64,000 nucleotides of DNA from Pristiophorus japonicus. Taxonomy: Eukaryota. Where the stretch lies: positions 30,442,001-30,506,000 of the forward strand of contig NC_091992.1 in assembly GCF_044704955.1 (NCBI RefSeq), written 5' to 3'. The notes under the pieces were generated by a model. The model searched no databases, was not told where the DNA came from, and worked only from the letters and a program-made list of their open reading frames with translations. A program made the translations under genes and the position numbers. Below are positions 63,004 to 64,000 of this stretch, one piece after another. How positions within the stretch are numbered: the first letter of the stretch is position 1; every line of letters begins with the position of its first letter.

Positions 63004-64000
63004 TCGTCATCATAGGCAGTCCCTCGGAATTGTGGAAGACTTGCTTCCACTCTTAAAATGAGTTCTTAGGTGGCTGAACGGTCCAATACGAAAACCACAG
63101 ACTCTATCACAGGTGGGACAGATAGTCGTTGAGGGAAAGGGTAGGTGGGGCAGGTTTGCCACACGCTCTTTCCGCTGTCTGCACTTGTTTTCTGCATGTT
63201 CTTGGCGATGAGACTCTAGGTGCTCAGCGCCCTCCCGGATGCACTCCCTCTACTTAGGGCGGTCTTTGGTCAGGGACTCCCAAGTGTCAGTGGGGATGTT
63301 GCACTTTATCAGGCAGGCTTTGAGGGTGTCCTTGTAACGTTTCCTCTGTCCACCTTTGGGTTCGTTTGCCGTGAAGGAGTTCAGAGTAGAGCGCTTGCTT
63401 TGGGAGTCTTGTGTCAGGCATGCGAACACTGTGGCCTGCCCAGCGGAGCTGATCAAGTGTGGTCAGTGCTTCAATGCTGGGGATGTTGGCCTGGTCGAGA
63501 ATGCTAATGTTGGTGCGCCTATCCTCCCAGGGGATTTGTAGGATCTTGCGGCGACATCGTTGGTGGTATTTCTCCAGCAACTTGAGGTATCTACGGTACA
63601 TGGTCCATGTCTCCGAACCATACAGGAGGGTGGGTATTACTACAGCCCTGTAGACCATGAGCTTGGTGGCAGTTTTGAGGGCCTGGTATTCAAACACTCT
63701 TCCTCAGGCAGCCGAAGGCTGCACTGGCGCACTGGAGGCGGTGTTGAATCTCGTCGTCAATGCCTTGTTGATAAGAGGCTCCCAAGGGATGGGAAATGGT
63801 CCACGTTTTCCAGGGCCGCGCCATGGATCTTGATGGGGCAGTGCTGTGTGACGAGGACAGGCTGGTGGAGGACCTTTTGTCTTACGGATGTTTAGTGCAA
63901 GGCCTATGCTTTCGTACGCCTCAGTAAATACGTTGACTATGTCCTGGAGTTCAGCCTCTGTGCGCAGATGCAGGCGTCGTCTGCATACTGTAGCTCGACG
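63004..64000 (-). mobile_element. RTE-type LINE 3' part, runs off the window
   Basis: TKLMVYRAVVIPTLLYGSETWT...LRWAGH.VRMPDTRLPKQ; YADD-like motif near 63975-63990; (GAT)n-like tail at ~63004-63014. Confidence 0.9.

Noticed and set aside
25904-64000. USP32 exon 3 or an intronic sno/scaRNA
   Set aside because: No sequence encoding the expected VIYCSFGG-like continuation was seen and no box structure could be supported by eye; absence is not proven.

Overview
Eukaryotic vertebrate DNA, most likely from a cartilaginous fish (inferred from the repeat mix of CR1, L2 and Deu-type SINEs). The window holds the 5' end of USP32 on the + strand: a CpG-rich promoter (~8070-8700), coding exon 1 (8357-8414, MGAKESRIGFLSYDEAVKR) and coding exon 2 (25776-25903). 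Intron 1 is ~17.4 kb; I found no exon 3, so intron 2 probably runs past the window end. A candidate first exon of a divergent gene (GCC-ATG-TT|GTAAGT, - strand, 8088-8092) lies ~265 bp upstream. Much of the rest is decayed or nested mobile DNA: CR1, L2, RTE and Penelope-like retroelements, tRNA-derived SINEs, Tigger-like MITEs and several GC-rich TIR elements (probably PIF/Harbinger-like MITEs). One of the latter carries a gap-flanked 16-bp satellite. Most ORFs in the track that I could assign are retroelement fragments or artefacts. I cannot demonstrate a wholly new biological system. The best leads are two minimal hammerhead-ribozyme-like motifs, a MITE family with variable repeat cargo, a compact bidirectional promoter with an overlapping M-box/ARE and uORF, and inverted CR1 pairs around exon 2. 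Family names come from recalled motifs, not database searches. Boundaries of old repeats are approximate.
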